Source of the DNA: Eledone cirrhosa
Taxonomy: Eukaryota
Reading direction: 5' to 3'
Assembly (NCBI GenBank): GCA_964016885.1
Contig: CAXHJY010001673.1
Span: 69,366-133,365 of the forward strand
Length of the DNA stretch: 64,000 nt
Positions 39,486 to 53,861 of this stretch are shown in pieces. Each line of letters starts with the position of its first letter. Position 1 is the first letter of the stretch. The notes beneath the pieces are model-generated. The model saw only the letters and a program-made list of their open reading frames with translations, had not been told where the DNA came from and searched no databases. Position numbers and translations under genes: made by a program.

Positions 39486-41125
39486 TATATTTGGACATGT
39501 AATTCCGATGGAGTCGTAGTTGCCCGTCGTGATATAGAGCGTGTCTTTGTTTTTTTAAACCTTCCCTCTCCAGATCTGAACACAGACGATTTCTTCTAGG
39601 GAAACGTAGAGATTGGGTGAGAGGCAGTAGGGAAAGAGGCATAGAGGAAGACTTGACCCCACCTCAAAAGGATGAAAGGCAAAGTTGACTTCGGCGCGAT
39701 TTCAACTCAGAGAGCAGAGACCAAAAACGAATACCACTTCTTAACGACTCTACTCAGGGAGATTCGGCGTGCACAGTGTGTGGAAAGATTGGTCTAATGG
39801 CATCATAATTACAACTATGTTTCAGCTGAGCGGACATGAGCTATGTGAAATAAGATATCTTGTTCAAAGACACAACGAGGGAATCCAACTTACGGTCTTA
39901 TGATTTTGAGCCGAACACTTTAACTAATAAGCTAGGCAACTTCATGAAAGCCATATAAAGGATTATTTAATGACATATTGCAATCGTTTAGAGAGATATT
40001 TCTAAAATATAATGAGAGACGCCATTACAGAAATGTTAATATAATGTCTGTTTATTTTCTGTTGTTTTTTTTCCTGCTTTTCTTTAACACTTGAATGAAG
40101 TCCTAAAACCATTAAATTTAATCTTTTCATATGATATGCGAGAATGGTTGGAATACCGTTCCAACAGTCGAAGTTATACCTGCCTCTATCATGAGATCAA
40201 TATCCTCATGAAACGATTTCATGTTAGCTGAACGAAATTATTAAGTGATCAATTCAATTAGGTACTCCCTTCAACTACTGTCTTTATAATTGGAGCATGA
40301 AATAATAGATTAAATGCAGGAAATTTTCTATTGTTACTAAAATATTCAAAATATCTAAAAAGGCGAAATGCTTCTAATTTTCTGGTAAAATTTGTAAAAA
40401 TTCCTCTGGTCTGTTTATTTAATAATATCCTTTACTATCCTTTTTTCAAAAGCTTGCAGTCAATGAAGTTTAGAAGAAGAAAAACAAAGCAAAATTAATA
40501 ATAAAGATGTAATACCTTTAGTGGCGAATCCTTGTTAGCGCTTAAAATCCTGTAATGATTTAGTAGAAAATATCTAAAAACCAGTTTTTCCATTCAAATA
40601 TTTATAGTATATTTTACTGGAGGAGAGATTTTTGGAAATAATTTGCGATATTAGAGTAAATATTCTAATAGTAGAACAGCATGCTGGTTAATTTAGAAAC
40701 ATAGAAGTGGCTGAGCACTCCAAAAATAATTTTATCCATAATATAAATTGTCGGAGCGTCAGTGTAATAGAGTATGTGACAAGATTCACCTTATGAATAA
40801 CAGACACAGTCTCTCCGATGGGATGTTGTACAGCTTACATCTACCCAATTGCACTCCATGGCTATTTTAAATGTCAGTTGCACAAGACACCTTGCATTGG
40901 AATCGACCTTGAACCCTCATGGTTACAAATGGCTAAAATCTTGAGCCCTTCAGCCAGCCTTCGTCCACTGGCCTTGAATAGAGTGGAAATGATTATTGAT
41001 CCGTCAAGTATTGAAAAATATGATAACAATATATTGCCGGAACAGACAGAGTAAATATACCTCCGTAGGTGGCGCTGTGGTGGGAATATGGAACTGCATG
41101 AAATGTCTCGTGTATGATTTAGAAT

Positions 41126-41350
41126 AATTGTTTCTATATTTGGTTCAAAGCCAGCAATTTGAAGGGAGGGGGAAGCTGGATTAAATCGCCCCCAGTGCGT
41201 TACTGGTACTTTATTTTATCAATCCTCCCATAATGATGACAGATAAAGCTAACCTTGATGGGATTTGAACTCAGAACATAAAGTGCCGTGGCTCATAACG
41301 TAAAGAACCACAAATCATGTTGTCCGACGCTCTACCGATACAACAAACCA
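41126..41350 (-). mobile_element. SINE family 1 (older copy)
   Basis: ctggtactttattttatc...gggatttgaactcagaac...tccgacgctctaccgata. Confidence 0.75.
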
Positions 41351-41440
41351 CCGACCGCACTTTTATAATTTTGAATATTGATAGAAGTCTCATGAGAGAT
41401 GAAAGTGCTAGATACAAATTATAAACAATGTCTTATTAAT

Positions 41441-41630
41441 ATAATTGTTTCTACTTTAGGCACAAGGCCAGCAAATACCCAGTGCATTACTGGTACTTTA
41501 TTTTATCGACCCCCGTAAGGATGAAAGGCAAAGTCAACCTCGGCGGGATTTGAACTCAGATCGTAAAGGGACGTAACTATGCTGGAAAGCATGGCGTCAG
41601 ACCCTCTACCAATACTGCCAATCCACCGCC
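41441..41630 (-). mobile_element. SINE family 1, young full-length copy
   Basis: Minus strand A box tggcagtattgg, B box gagttcaaatccc, central gcctttcatccttacgg..tcgataaaataaagtaccag (resembles the LF-SINE/Meta-type domain), tail gtagaaacaattat. Confidence 0.9.
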
Positions 41631-41924
41631 ATTATTATAATGTTTACCAGTTTGATAAAAGGTGTCTTCTTAATTCCTGTGATATTTTATACTTTATTAA
41701 TATGAAGGACTAACGTTCGAAGCGTTAAGACTCTTTTCTTATCATATCAAGCGTTAAACTAATATATGTTATCATGGTATTGTATTGTTCATCAGTGAGA
41801 TTTTCCTTATTGACTTTTCTCACAAACACACACATACACACACACACACACATATATATATATGTATGTATATACATATATATATGTGAATGTGTGAGTG
41901 TGTGAGTGTGTGTGTGTTTGTGTG

Positions 41925-41977
<53 letters not shown>

Positions 41978-42136
41978 ATAAATACATACATACATACGAG
42001 AAAATATGTGTGTGCGTATGCAGGCATGTATATATATATACATGTATATATATACACATACCTGTGAGAAAATATGTTTATGTGCGTATACAGGCATGCA
42101 CATATATATATATATATATATAAAATAAACCATATG

Positions 42137-42171
<35 letters not shown>

Positions 42172-43221
42172 AAATAAACCATATGATATATATATATATT
42201 TATAAATATATATATATGTATATAAATATATATATATATAAATATTTATATATATAAATATTTATATATATAAATATGTATATATATAATATATATATAT
42301 ATATTTATATATATAGTGATACACACATATATAGTGATACACACACACACACATATGTTCACAAAGACTACAGATCCTCATATATACATATATAGAACAG
42401 AAAGGGAAAAAACTAAAAACAAAAAAAACACTACTGAAATGAAATCCATAAATAAAAAAAGAACATCTTTACAACGGTTCCTTTGACTGGAGATGTCAGT
42501 CAGCTTAACACTGCTTAGTCTAGCGTAGTATGAAACTAGTTTTGTTTCAATATTACAACATACTACTTAAATAAAGCCGGTATTAGCAGCGGGTGGCGGA
42601 CAAGCTATACGCTTGCTAACTATATACAAAAGAAGTTAACGGTGAAACCCCCGAACATATTTGACCAGGTAATTCAGTTGAAAATGCATAAATCTGACAT
42701 AGATACGGTCATATTTCTCATCAAATAGATGTCATTGTTGTTTATTTGCTCGCCATTTTTTTTATTTTAAAACTCATACATGACTAAACATGACTTTCTC
42801 GTCGTTCCTGATTCCTGTATAGCTAGCTAGCTAATAAAATTATCAACACCATTATCATTATCATACACACCCGCCTCATTCTCCTCCCCTCTTCCACAGT
42901 TCCTCCTTATTATCATCAATATTTATTTATTATTTTTATTATTTGTATTTGGGTTTGTGTTTATATTGTTAATTGTTTTGTGTTTGTGGTTGTTTTATTG
43001 TTGTACACAGACACAGGCACAAATACACATACATACATACATACGCACACATTCACAGAAATGAAACTCGGGTTACAGGTTCAAATCAACCCTGGTTAGG
43101 TGAGCAACATTGTAAAAAAACATGTGGTGTCGTTCAAGCCTCTCTTAGTTCTGTTAGTCACATTTTATTTCTTAGTAATAAAAACAGGAATTCTCATCGA
43201 CGTAACCAACGGAGTGCCACT

Positions 43222-43315
<94 letters not shown>

Positions 43316-43330
43316 TATATATATATATAT

Positions 43331-43566
43331 GATAGGAAAATCTGCTTCGTAGAATCGAGTCGTATATGATGACCGTGTTGATTTCAGAGTCAGGTGTGAT
43401 CACCATATCGATCTTGCCTCGAGCTGGTCGCTCGAGAAACATTTGTAATTCCTTTCGACGCAACACTGATTGTCTTTTTTCTGTGATATCATACTCTGCC
43501 CTACGAGGGCATTGAGTGCTCATACGGCCTACCGCATACGGACGCCTTAAGCATCCAACACTAATT
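43331..43566 (+). mobile_element. (TA)n-embedded element with degenerate hammerhead-like motif and GAGTGCTC tail
   Basis: aUGAUGA...GAA-ACA(uu)UGU-A. attgagtgctc at 43511-43521, ~45 nt before the TA junction. Confidence 0.5.
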
Positions 43567-43579
43567 ATATATATATCAA

Positions 43580-43621
<42 letters not shown>

Positions 43622-44450
43622 GGAGAGAGGGGGGGGGAGAAAGAGAGGGGGGAGGGAGAGAGAGAGAGAGCGAAAGAGAGATACATATAAATATGTATAT
43701 GTATCATACATATAAATATGTATATGTATCATACATGCATCATACATAAAAAAAACTTTCCCAACTGAAACTTTTTTCACCCATTTTTGCGATTAAGTAA
43801 AAACGGAGTTATCGTTCTTAAGATTTCGGCGTGGAGAAATTTAAGGAACTGATGTCGCTACAACGTCAAAGTATTTACCTCTACTGTTGCATCATGGGAG
43901 GAGTAATGGCTGAATTTTATTTTTTTTAACGACGTCAAACTTTTTAATTTCTTTCGCGGCATCTTGTTCCTTGTTTGACGTAAGAAAATAAATAAAACGA
44001 TTAATTTACTCCCCCACCTCTCTTTAATCTGAAGATTAGATTACCGTGGGGTCGAGAGGGGTTAAGATAAAGCAAGGGTAACATAAACCGGTGTCAATTT
44101 TAATTTTACACTATTATTCTCAAAACATGTCGGGTATTAGGATTATTTTCAAGTTTTATTTATCTTCTATCGCTGCACTTTCTGTATTTATAATTAATAA
44201 ATAAATTTAAGGTTTTAATACTTTAAATATATAAAACTTTCAGTAAATTTTCTGGTAGCTTCGTTGGTAGGAGTAATGGGTATTCATTCTTTCGTAACGA
44301 GGTGAGAGGTTCAATCTCGCGCTGGCACTTGCAGAGACAATATTATTTTACTATTTTAACATACAAATGATATAATGTATATATATATATATTTATATGT
44401 ATATATACATATTTATGTGTATATATATATATATATATATTTATATGTAT

Positions 44451-44498
<48 letters not shown>

Positions 44499-44520
44499 GT
44501 ATATATATATATATATATAT

Positions 44521-44870
44521 ATAGGAACGAGTAGGACCCCGACGGCAGAGCTCAAGCCGTTTCGACGGCTAATTCTCGACTAAAATCAGCCGTCGAAACG
44601 GCTTGAGCTCAGCCGACGGGGTCCTACTCGTTCCTATTACCCACTCTACTACCCTAAGTATTGAGTACTTTGGTGCGTTATGGTCCCCCTGGTTCCTTAC
44701 CACATTTCCTTCGTTATATATATATATTATATATTTATACATATGAAAAGATTCAGGACCCCGACGGCTGAGCTCCGGCCGTTTCGACAGCTAAATCTGA
44801 ACTAAGCCATCAGTATAACCCACTCTACACCCCAAGTATTGAGTACTCTGGTGGCCTATGGTCCACCACA
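44521..44870 (+). mobile_element. Two tandem family A elements
   Basis: Complete hairpin plus tail at 44521-44716. Second copy 44742-44870 has the inverted arm joined directly to the tail. Confidence 0.9.
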
Positions 44871-45557
44871 TCCTATAAGATATTAATATATATGTGTGTG
44901 TGTGCTCCTGGTATGATTTTTGTGGAGATACCAGTCTATTTCTCAAGTGGACAAATGCTGAAGTGTGTGAATCTAGAAGTTAAGAGGATTGAACGCAAAA
45001 GCAGGATTTGTGTGGTGGCGGATTAAGAAAACCTTGCTTGAGCAAGCTTGAGTAAGGACTGTATAAACTTGTATGTCAATGACAGCAAACCTTTGTATAG
45101 CACCCAAACTACAGATATGGTCTAACGCGCCCCGCGACCTTCATACCATCACATTTTGCAACTAGACAATCACACACCTACACACACATACACATACACA
45201 CTTATAAACACATACATATAGACACATACCCACACATACATACATACATACATACATTCACACACGTACACACATACATATACAGAAATACATACACACA
45301 TATAAACATATATATTCACACACAAAAAAACGCACAGAAACACACACACAAACACATGAATTCACACACCATACTCACGCACATACACATGCATTCACAC
45401 ACATACATTTTGTTCTCCTTCTTTGATGTTTATCTCCCATTCAATATCTTTTAAATCTCTAACTTCGTTCAGGGTGGCTTACAAACAACAACACATGATC
45501 TCTCACCTCTCTAAATGTTTTCTCGTTTCCTTTCTTTTAAGAATGCATGTATATATA

Positions 45558-45738
45558 TAATTGTTTGTACGTTTGGCACAAGGCCAGCAATTATCCCAGC
45601 GTATTACTGGTATTTTATTTTATCGACCCCGTAAGAATGAAAGACAAAGTTAACCTCGGCGGGATTTGAACTCAGACCATAAAGGGCCGTAACTCTTTGC
45701 TGCAAAGCATGGCGTTTGACCGTCTACCGATACTGCCA
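45558..45738 (-). mobile_element. SINE family 1
   Basis: Matches 41441-41630. Confidence 0.88.
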
Positions 45739-46061
45739 AGGGGCTGCAAACTCTGCTAAGAGTATTGCAGAAAATGGTGCACTTGTAGGCTACGGCCAGC
45801 CGCACAAACCTGCAACAGATCCTGAACAAGCAATATCTGTGCTTTGAATGTTTTTTTAAATGGGGAAAGGCCTTGCACTTGACCAACCCCACTCTCTTAG
45901 CATCGAAAACACTACCCGAAAAGGAAAGCTGGTCAACATCATCGGATGTTTCCCAAGCCGCAGGTTTTTTTTTACCAGAGTTCCCTCTCTTCACAACAAT
46001 TGGGGGCCTTTCACTTCCAGGTAAAAAAGAAAGAAAAAATCAGAATGGATGCAGTAAAAAC

Positions 46062-46277
46062 CTGTTAGACCATTACTCACCAGAGTACTCGATACTTGGG
46101 ATAGTAGAGTTTGGTAATATATATATATATATATATAACGATTAAAGTGTGGTAAGGAACCAGGTAGACCACAACGCACCAGCGTACTCGATACTTAGGT
46201 CAGTAGAGTGGGTAATAGGAAAAGAGTCAGGACCCCGACGGCGGAGCTCAGCCGTCGGGGTCCTGACTCTTTTCCTA
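46062..46277 (-). mobile_element. Family A tail fragment plus short-hairpin copy
   Basis: Hairpin ataggaaaagagtcaggaccccgacggc-ggagctca-gccgtcggggtcctgactcttttcctat, tail on the left. Confidence 0.88.
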
Positions 46278-46288
46278 TATATATATGC

Positions 46289-46319
<31 letters not shown>

Positions 46320-47056
46320 ATGTGTGTGTGTGTGTGTGTATGTGCGTGTGATGTGTGTGTGTGTGTGTAATGTGTGTGTGCGTGGTTGTGTGTGTGTGTA
46401 TGTGTGTGATTGCATTAGTTTGATTGATTGAATGCCTCTGTATATTTTATCTTATCCCTGATATAAAAATATAACAACTTACGTCCCCCTTCTTCTCACT
46501 CTCACTCTCACACCACGCCTCTCTCACACCACTCCTCCTAACGGTGGTGAAAATTGTACATTATAATAGAGAATGTTGTTCGGATGGATAGAAATATCGA
46601 TAAAAAAGAATATCACCTATTATTTGGTATTCATTAGATTTATTGGTTTTCGTTTTTCGACCAAAGACAATTCATTTATAAACGTTTGATTTATAATCGA
46701 TACAGGAACGGGACGTGCTAAGAGCGGCTGTAAATGTGGTACCTTAGCTAGAGTAATACAACGTAGTTATTCCCCGAATGTATAGTCACGTCTTCTAGGT
46801 TTGTCATTGGTGGTTTAGATTGACAATAAATATATTGATAATATTGATACACCTTAACTCATATTGAACCTCTATTGCTTTCTATAACAAATGTTCTAGT
46901 TTTTCGATCAAAGGAACAACACTCTTGTGAAAGGAACGTACAGGTAACTGATAATTCCACAGACACGTGTACCCATAAAGTCATTCTTGTCAGAGTCAGA
47001 CAGTGTGTAACAAGAATAACGGTAAATTTTGGTTATCTTTATCTCTCTCTCTCTCA

Positions 47057-47120
47057 CTGATGATTTCCTCCGAATGAAACAGTTCTAGTCCTGTAGAAGC
47101 TATTTCTATATCAAATATAT
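47057..47120 (+). ncRNA. Family B hammerhead, 5' strand of stem I lost
   Basis: CUGAUGA-U-UUC(cucc)GAA-U-GAA-ACAG(uucuaguc)CUGU-A^GAAG. Confidence 0.6.
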
Positions 47121-47176
47121 ATATATATGTTTTGTAAGGTTTTTTGAGATGAAATCGTGTGTCGAAACAAATATTG

Positions 47177-47288
47177 TTATACTTGGGGAGGGTCATATTG
47201 TTGTAATATTGCCAGAAATAATAACAGAGCACATATTGTTATAATATTTCTGGCAATATTATAACAATATGACCCTCCCAAAGTATAA
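47177..47288. repeat. Inverted repeat, ~44-bp arms, within an interspersed repeat
   Basis: ttatacttggggagggtcatattgttgtaatattgccagaaata pairs with tatttctggcaatattataacaatatgaccctcccaaagtataa. Related sequence at 27890-27980. Confidence 0.8.
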
Positions 47289-47295
47289 AAATGTA

Positions 47296-47331
<36 letters not shown>

Positions 47332-47379
47332 CACACGTACACACACGGACACACACACGCACACACACTCACACACGCA

Positions 47380-47473
<94 letters not shown>

Positions 47474-47556
47474 CACCTCCACCTCTCTAGCACTTCAGCT
47501 TCCTGCAACGATAAATCCCCAGATTATTTCCTTGATCAATATATATCTCGACTGGC

Positions 47557-47627
47557 ACAACGTACAACAACGTACAACAACGTAAAACGTACAACGTACA
47601 ACGTACAACGTACAACGTACAATGTAA
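47557..47627. repeat. (ACAACGT)n heptamer repeat
   Basis: acaacgt repeated ~9 times with variants. Confidence 0.85.
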
Positions 47628-47682
47628 AACCTAGTATATAGAATGTTATATTATGTTTATTATAAATTCTTGGAATTCAACT

Positions 47683-47717
<35 letters not shown>

Positions 47718-47922
47718 GATTCTCACACACGCTCTCAAGTTGTCTCTCTCTCTCTTCTCTCTCTCACTCTCTCTCTCTCCCTGGTTCTCACGCACACTCT
47801 CAACGTCTCTTTCTCTCTCTCTCTCTCTTTCTCTCTTTGTTTCTCACACACACTCACAACCACTCTCTCTCTCCCTGGTTCTCACACACGCTCACAACTT
47901 CTCTCTCTCTCTCCCTCTCTCG

Positions 47923-47973
<51 letters not shown>

Positions 47974-48264
47974 ACACTCTCTCTGTTTCTCACACACGCT
48001 TACAAGTAACAAAACCTTGTTTCTTGAGGCGTTTTCAGATACAAGTAATTGTGTGGATGAATGCCATAAACGCTAGCCTAGTTGGTTAGCTTCCGGCCAC
48101 ACTAGCGAACCTGGCGGCTGTAGAAGCAGTTACGTTAGTTCACATTGTTTATATCAGAAACAGTTGATTCCCATTGACCCAGTCCATCATTCCATGTTTA
48201 ATGGTACAACATGGACGAACAGTATATCGCATTCACTTATTCCTTAATTCCTTTTTACATTCTG

Positions 48265-48735
48265 TCATTCCCTCACTCATTCTTACATTCATTCAATGCT
48301 TTACTCATGTATTCCCTCATTCCCCCCATTCCCTCAATCACTCATTCCTTCAGTCATTCTTACATTCATTCAATGCTTTACTCATGTATTCCCTCATTCC
48401 CCCCATTCCCCCAATCACCCATTCCTTCACTCATTCTTACATTCATTCAATGCTTTACTCATGTATTCCCTCATTCCCCCCATTACCCCAATCACTCATT
48501 CCTTCACTCATTCTTACATTCATTCAATGCTTTACTCATGTATTCCCTCATTCCCCCCATTCCCCCAATCACCCATTCCTTCACTCATTCTTACATTCAT
48601 TCAATGCTTTACTCATGTATTCCCTCATTCCCCCCATTACCCCAATCACTCATTCCTTCACTCATTCTTACATTCATTCAATGCTTTACTCATGTATTCC
48701 CTCATTCCCCCCATTCCCTCAATCACTCATTCCCT
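48265..48735. repeat. 77-bp minisatellite, ~6 copies
   Basis: caatgctttactcatgtattccctcattcccc recurs at 48294, 48371, 48448, 48525, 48602 and 48679. Confidence 0.95.
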
Positions 48736-48949
48736 TACTCCTTCCTTAACGCATTCCCTCAATCAGTCATTCTCTTATTTACACATCCCCTCATTTACTT
48801 GTCATCCCACCCACTCGTTCCCTTACTCACACATTCCCTCACCCTTCCTCCCACGCATTCTTTCATTCTCTCATCCACCCATTCGTTCATTCATTTCCGA
48901 ATACAGTAGAACTGAATGAAGAGCAGCCTCGTTGATAACTGTCGAAGAA

Positions 48950-49497
48950 GATGGCAAAATGGCGAATTGTAAGTACTTCGGGTGGAATGCTTAGCAGTAT
49001 TTATTGGTGGATTGGCAGTATCGGTGGAGGGTCAGACGCCATGCTTTCCAGCATAGTTACGTCCCTTTACAATCTGAGTTCAAATCCCGCCGAGGTTGAC
49101 TTTGCCTTTCATCCTTACGGGGTCGATAAGTATTGCTGGCCTTGTGCCTAAAGTAGAAACAATTATTATATATGTTTTTGCTGGTATATGTATAAGTCCC
49201 GTGTTGAAATCCTACTAGGGTCCGCTTTATCTTTCATCCTTCCAAGGTCTATAAAATAAAACACCTGTAAAGTACTGAGGTCAATATAGTTGACTTTCCC
49301 CTCCTCACAACCGAATTGATAGCCTTATGTAAAAATTAAAAATCATTATTACCAGCATAGTTACGTCCCTTTACAACATGTGTTCAAATCCCGCCGAGGT
49401 TGACTTTGCCTTTCATCCTTACGGGGTCGATAAAATAAAGTACCAGTAATGCACTGGATAATTGCTGGCCTTGTGCCTAAAGTAGAAACAATTATTA
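48950..49497 (+). mobile_element. Nested/tandem SINE family 1 cluster
   Basis: Young copy 49006-49168 interrupts an older copy (head 48950-49003, body 49170-49350), followed by another young copy at 49352-49497. Confidence 0.8.
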
Positions 49498-49579
49498 CAG
49501 TGAAGTATCTATATATAAAATTATATTTTATATGCTTACATTTCCATCTGTTTCTTTCATACATTTTAACTCTTTAAGT

Positions 49580-49876
49580 CAGGCATGGGCAACCTTTTTC
49601 TAGAAGCGAGCTGCATGAGATATGGCTCATCATCAGGCGGGCTCCAAGCGGTAATTTACATTCGTGTCCACATTAAAAAAAAAAAAGGGGGCAGTAACTC
49701 AGGTTGTTTTGATTTGTTTCTTCAGAATTCGTACACGTTGTTTTCCTCGATCGTAAACATGATAGAAAGATAAATTACGACTGAAAAGTTGTGGTGAAAA
49801 AATCAGAAAGATTTCACTTAGGTAACTTAGGCGGGCAATTCAGAAAGCTTCGCGGGCCGCAGGTTGCCCATGATTG
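49580..49876. mobile_element. hAT (Charlie-like) MITE
   Basis: TIRs caggcatgggcaacct / aggttgcccatgattg, subterminal gcgggccgc, degenerate 8-bp TSD ctttaagt / ccttcagt. Confidence 0.75.
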
Positions 49877-50216
49877 CCTTCAGTCATTGTTAGCAACTAC
49901 ATATAGTACAGTACTATCAACCTAGTTATACGCGATGAACTGTGAAATCTTGTCAGGTCGGCTGAGAGAAGCTTTGATATATTTCAATATATAGACTAGA
50001 TGCCATATACTATCCTTGATTTGTGGCCAAATGACACGAAAACCTTATTATTTCATCGGTTCTCTTTACTGACTGATTGGTCCCAATGGAGGTCAGTGAT
50101 GGCGTGAGCTGTCCGAATTGTTGGTCTTACAAACTGATAAGGAGGACAAAGGGACGGAAAAAGTTTCCACTACACCACTCCACACCACTTCTGGCTCTTA
50201 CCGATATATATATATC

Positions 50217-50305
<89 letters not shown>

Positions 50306-50322
50306 ACACAGACATACACACG

Positions 50323-50353
<31 letters not shown>

Positions 50354-50401
50354 GTATATATATATATACTTCTGTTCACATATTCCTGACAGGGGCTATA
50401 T

Positions 50402-50656
<255 letters not shown>

Positions 50657-50952
50657 AACACACGCACACACACACACACATACACACACACGCACACACA
50701 CACCCACATGTATATATGTGTGTATGGATGTATAAATATGTGTGTTTGTGTGCACTAGGATGGGTGTTGAAAGTATCGAAGTTTCATTGTATGTAAAACA
50801 GTTCACATTAACAGAATGTGTGTACACAATGTTTCAGCCTAGTTGCTTCATCTGTGTCCTGCAGAAGTAATATCTTCCCCCCACCATCTCTCTCTCTCTC
50901 TCTCTCTGATTATATGTATATACATATATACCTACATATATCTATATCTATA

Positions 50953-51040
<88 letters not shown>

Positions 51041-51046
<6 letters not shown>

Positions 51047-51302
51047 AACGAGTAGGACCTCGACGGCTGAGCTCAAGCCGTTTCGACGGCTAATTCTGGA
51101 CTCTACTACCCTAAGTATTGAGTACTTTGGTGCGTTATGGTTCACCTGGTTCCTTACCACATTTCCTCCGTTATATATATATATATAGGAACAAGTAAGA
51201 CCCCCGGGGGTCTTACTTGTTCCTATTACCCACTCTACTACTCTAAGTATTGAGTACTTTGGTGCGTTATGGTCCACCTGGTTCCTTACAACATTTCCTC
51301 CG

Positions 51303-51305
<3 letters not shown>
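51041..51305 (+). mobile_element. Two tandem family A elements
   Basis: 51041-51173 (inverted arm plus tail) and 51185-51305 (42-bp perfect palindrome plus tail). Confidence 0.9.
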
Positions 51306-51356
<51 letters not shown>

Positions 51357-51359
51357 TAT

Positions 51360-51782
51360 CACGATAAATTAACGGAGGCATAGGCCCTCGCTATTCCCTG
51401 TTTATTCTAGCAGTTCGTCCCTCAGAGGCCACCGGTTCACTGCCCTTAAACACGCTGTGACTCCTCTCTCCCACGTGTAGCTGGACAGTCAATTGTAAAA
51501 TTCTCTTAGTGTTGTCTGAAATGTATGGCCTTACACACGCTGATGAACCGAGACTAGACCATTTCTTTCAACAAATTTTTGGTGAAACATATCTTTGGAT
51601 TTGTACGTGTGTTATATAGTTATAGAGGTATTTATTTACGCTTTAATTTATATTTTTAATTATCGTGTCTATAGTCTGCCTCTCATAGGTTATAGATTCC
51701 ATGCACTGGTGGTTTTTCCCCTGTATTATTGATAACGCACTGTATACACGTATCTCTCTCTGGTGTGTTACCTTTTCAACAT

Positions 51783-51788
<6 letters not shown>
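51360..51788 (+). mobile_element. ~430-bp ribozyme element between (TA)n tracts
   Basis: Non-repetitive island bounded by TA tracts, containing a canonical hammerhead. Confidence 0.7.
51533..51612 (+). ncRNA. Canonical type I hammerhead ribozyme
   Basis: ACACACG-CUGAUGA-ACCGAGA...UUUUGGU-GAA-ACAuAUC(uuug)GAUuUGU-A^CGUGUGU. Stems of 7, 7 and 6 bp, GUA triplet. Confidence 0.9.
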
Positions 51789-51843
<55 letters not shown>

Positions 51844-51958
51844 ATGTGTGTGTGGGTGTTTGTGTGGGTGTTTGTGTGTGTGTGTACTGTAATGTACGAA
51901 CGCAAGTACAGAGCACTCAATACATTGTGAATAGATTATAAGTGTATGTGTTTGCATG

Positions 51959-52195
<237 letters not shown>

Positions 52196-52232
52196 ATATA
52201 TATCTGTGTGTGTGTGTGTGTGCGTGTGCGTG

Positions 52233-52310
<78 letters not shown>

Positions 52311-53248
52311 CGTGCGTGTGTGTGTGTGTGTGTGTGTGTGCGTGCGTGCGTGCGTGTGCGTGTGTGTGTGTGTTTATGTGTGTGTGCTTAACGAGAAAAA
52401 AACCATATTTCCACCAACGTTAGTTGAACAAAATTGTCACCACTGAAACAAACAACAGCAAGCGTGGTCTTCATGTGAAAAATAATAACATGAATTTGAA
52501 GTCAATTTCCTCGGCTTAATTGATTGATATCTTACTTACAACACTGACTGGGCCGGGCTGACATCCCCCTCCTTCTCCTACACGTCTTTTCTAAATGAAA
52601 TATGTATCATCCTTGGAGTTAGAGGGAGACAGCAGCCTATGGGTATAGTTTTTGTTTAGCTCAGGATAGATCAGAAGATAGCTTGATAAATAGATATAGA
52701 TAGATAAATAGAGAGGGTATGGAAAGATATTGAGAGAGTTAACTGATGATAGAATCAGACCACAGAGATAGAGAGAGAAGAAAAAAACATTGCGATATTT
52801 CAAGCAATTGGGAGTCTGACTCGTTATCCTAGTTTTCTTCATTCAACACTGTGTCATTTCATCACACGTATGCAATTTGTCATTTCGTATCCGTCAAACA
52901 GTCCACAGTGAACTCAATATTCTATTTATGTCCGATATATTTAACTTGGTTAACTACTTAACACATTTCTGTCATGTTGTATATAGACTAATTCCTATCT
53001 CTCAACACCTTGGCGTTTAACTTGTCTGACCTGACAAGTGGGCTATACTGTATAGCTACAGTATTGAGTCTACAGGGAATGTAAAATGTAGATGCAGTCA
53101 CTTCACTCACAGCTCAACACATATTTTACTCACTGAATCAAAGTAGGCACTGAAAGTGAAAGGTTTGATTTGGTTCGGGAAGAAGAATTTGTTTTCATTG
53201 AATTACGTATATAACTTATGTATGTATATACGTGTATACATCTATCTC

Positions 53249-53357
<109 letters not shown>

Positions 53358-53525
53358 TACATACACACACACACGCACACATATATATATCTCATATTTT
53401 TGTAATGATATATGTGTGTGTGTGTGTGTGTGTATTCATATATATATATATTTATATATATGTGTATATATATATAAATATATTTATCAGTCTCTATCTT
53501 TCTCTCTGTCTATATATATATATAT

Positions 53526-53686
53526 ATATGAATAAAGTTAATCCTTCATCAGTGATCTTCCAACCATCATTGGTATTTCATCGCTTAAAGCGATGAAATA
53601 CCAATGATGGTTGGAAGATCACTGATGAAGGACTAACTTTATTCATATGTAGCCCATTAGCAACCACGCAGCACGTTTATTCTCAT
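53526..53686 (+). mobile_element. Hairpin/tail element, ~60-bp arms plus ~38-nt tail
   Basis: atatgaataaagttaatccttcatcagtgatc...atcgc-ttaaa-gcgat...gatcactgatgaaggactaactttattcatat with one mismatch. Confidence 0.88.
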
Positions 53687-53780
53687 ATATATATATATAT
53701 ACACACATAAATACACCACACACATACATACATGCATATACACACACATACACATACACATACATATATACACATATATA

Positions 53781-53861
<81 letters not shown>

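Noticed and set aside
44250-44330. tRNA gene
   Set aside because: A/B-box-like remnants only, with no cloverleaf. Probably a decayed SINE head.
45738-46050. Host exon in the 45650-46145 ORFs
   Set aside because: All frames are interrupted or run into SINE/family A sequence, with no recognisable domain.
48174-48919. Three overlapping 190-230 aa ORFs
   Set aside because: Artefact of the stop-poor 77-bp tandem repeat, whose unit is not a multiple of 3.
53590-53640. Type II hammerhead (GAAA before CUGAUGA) in the right arm
   Set aside because: No valid UH triplet or closing stems I and II could be built. Kept only as a hairpin element.
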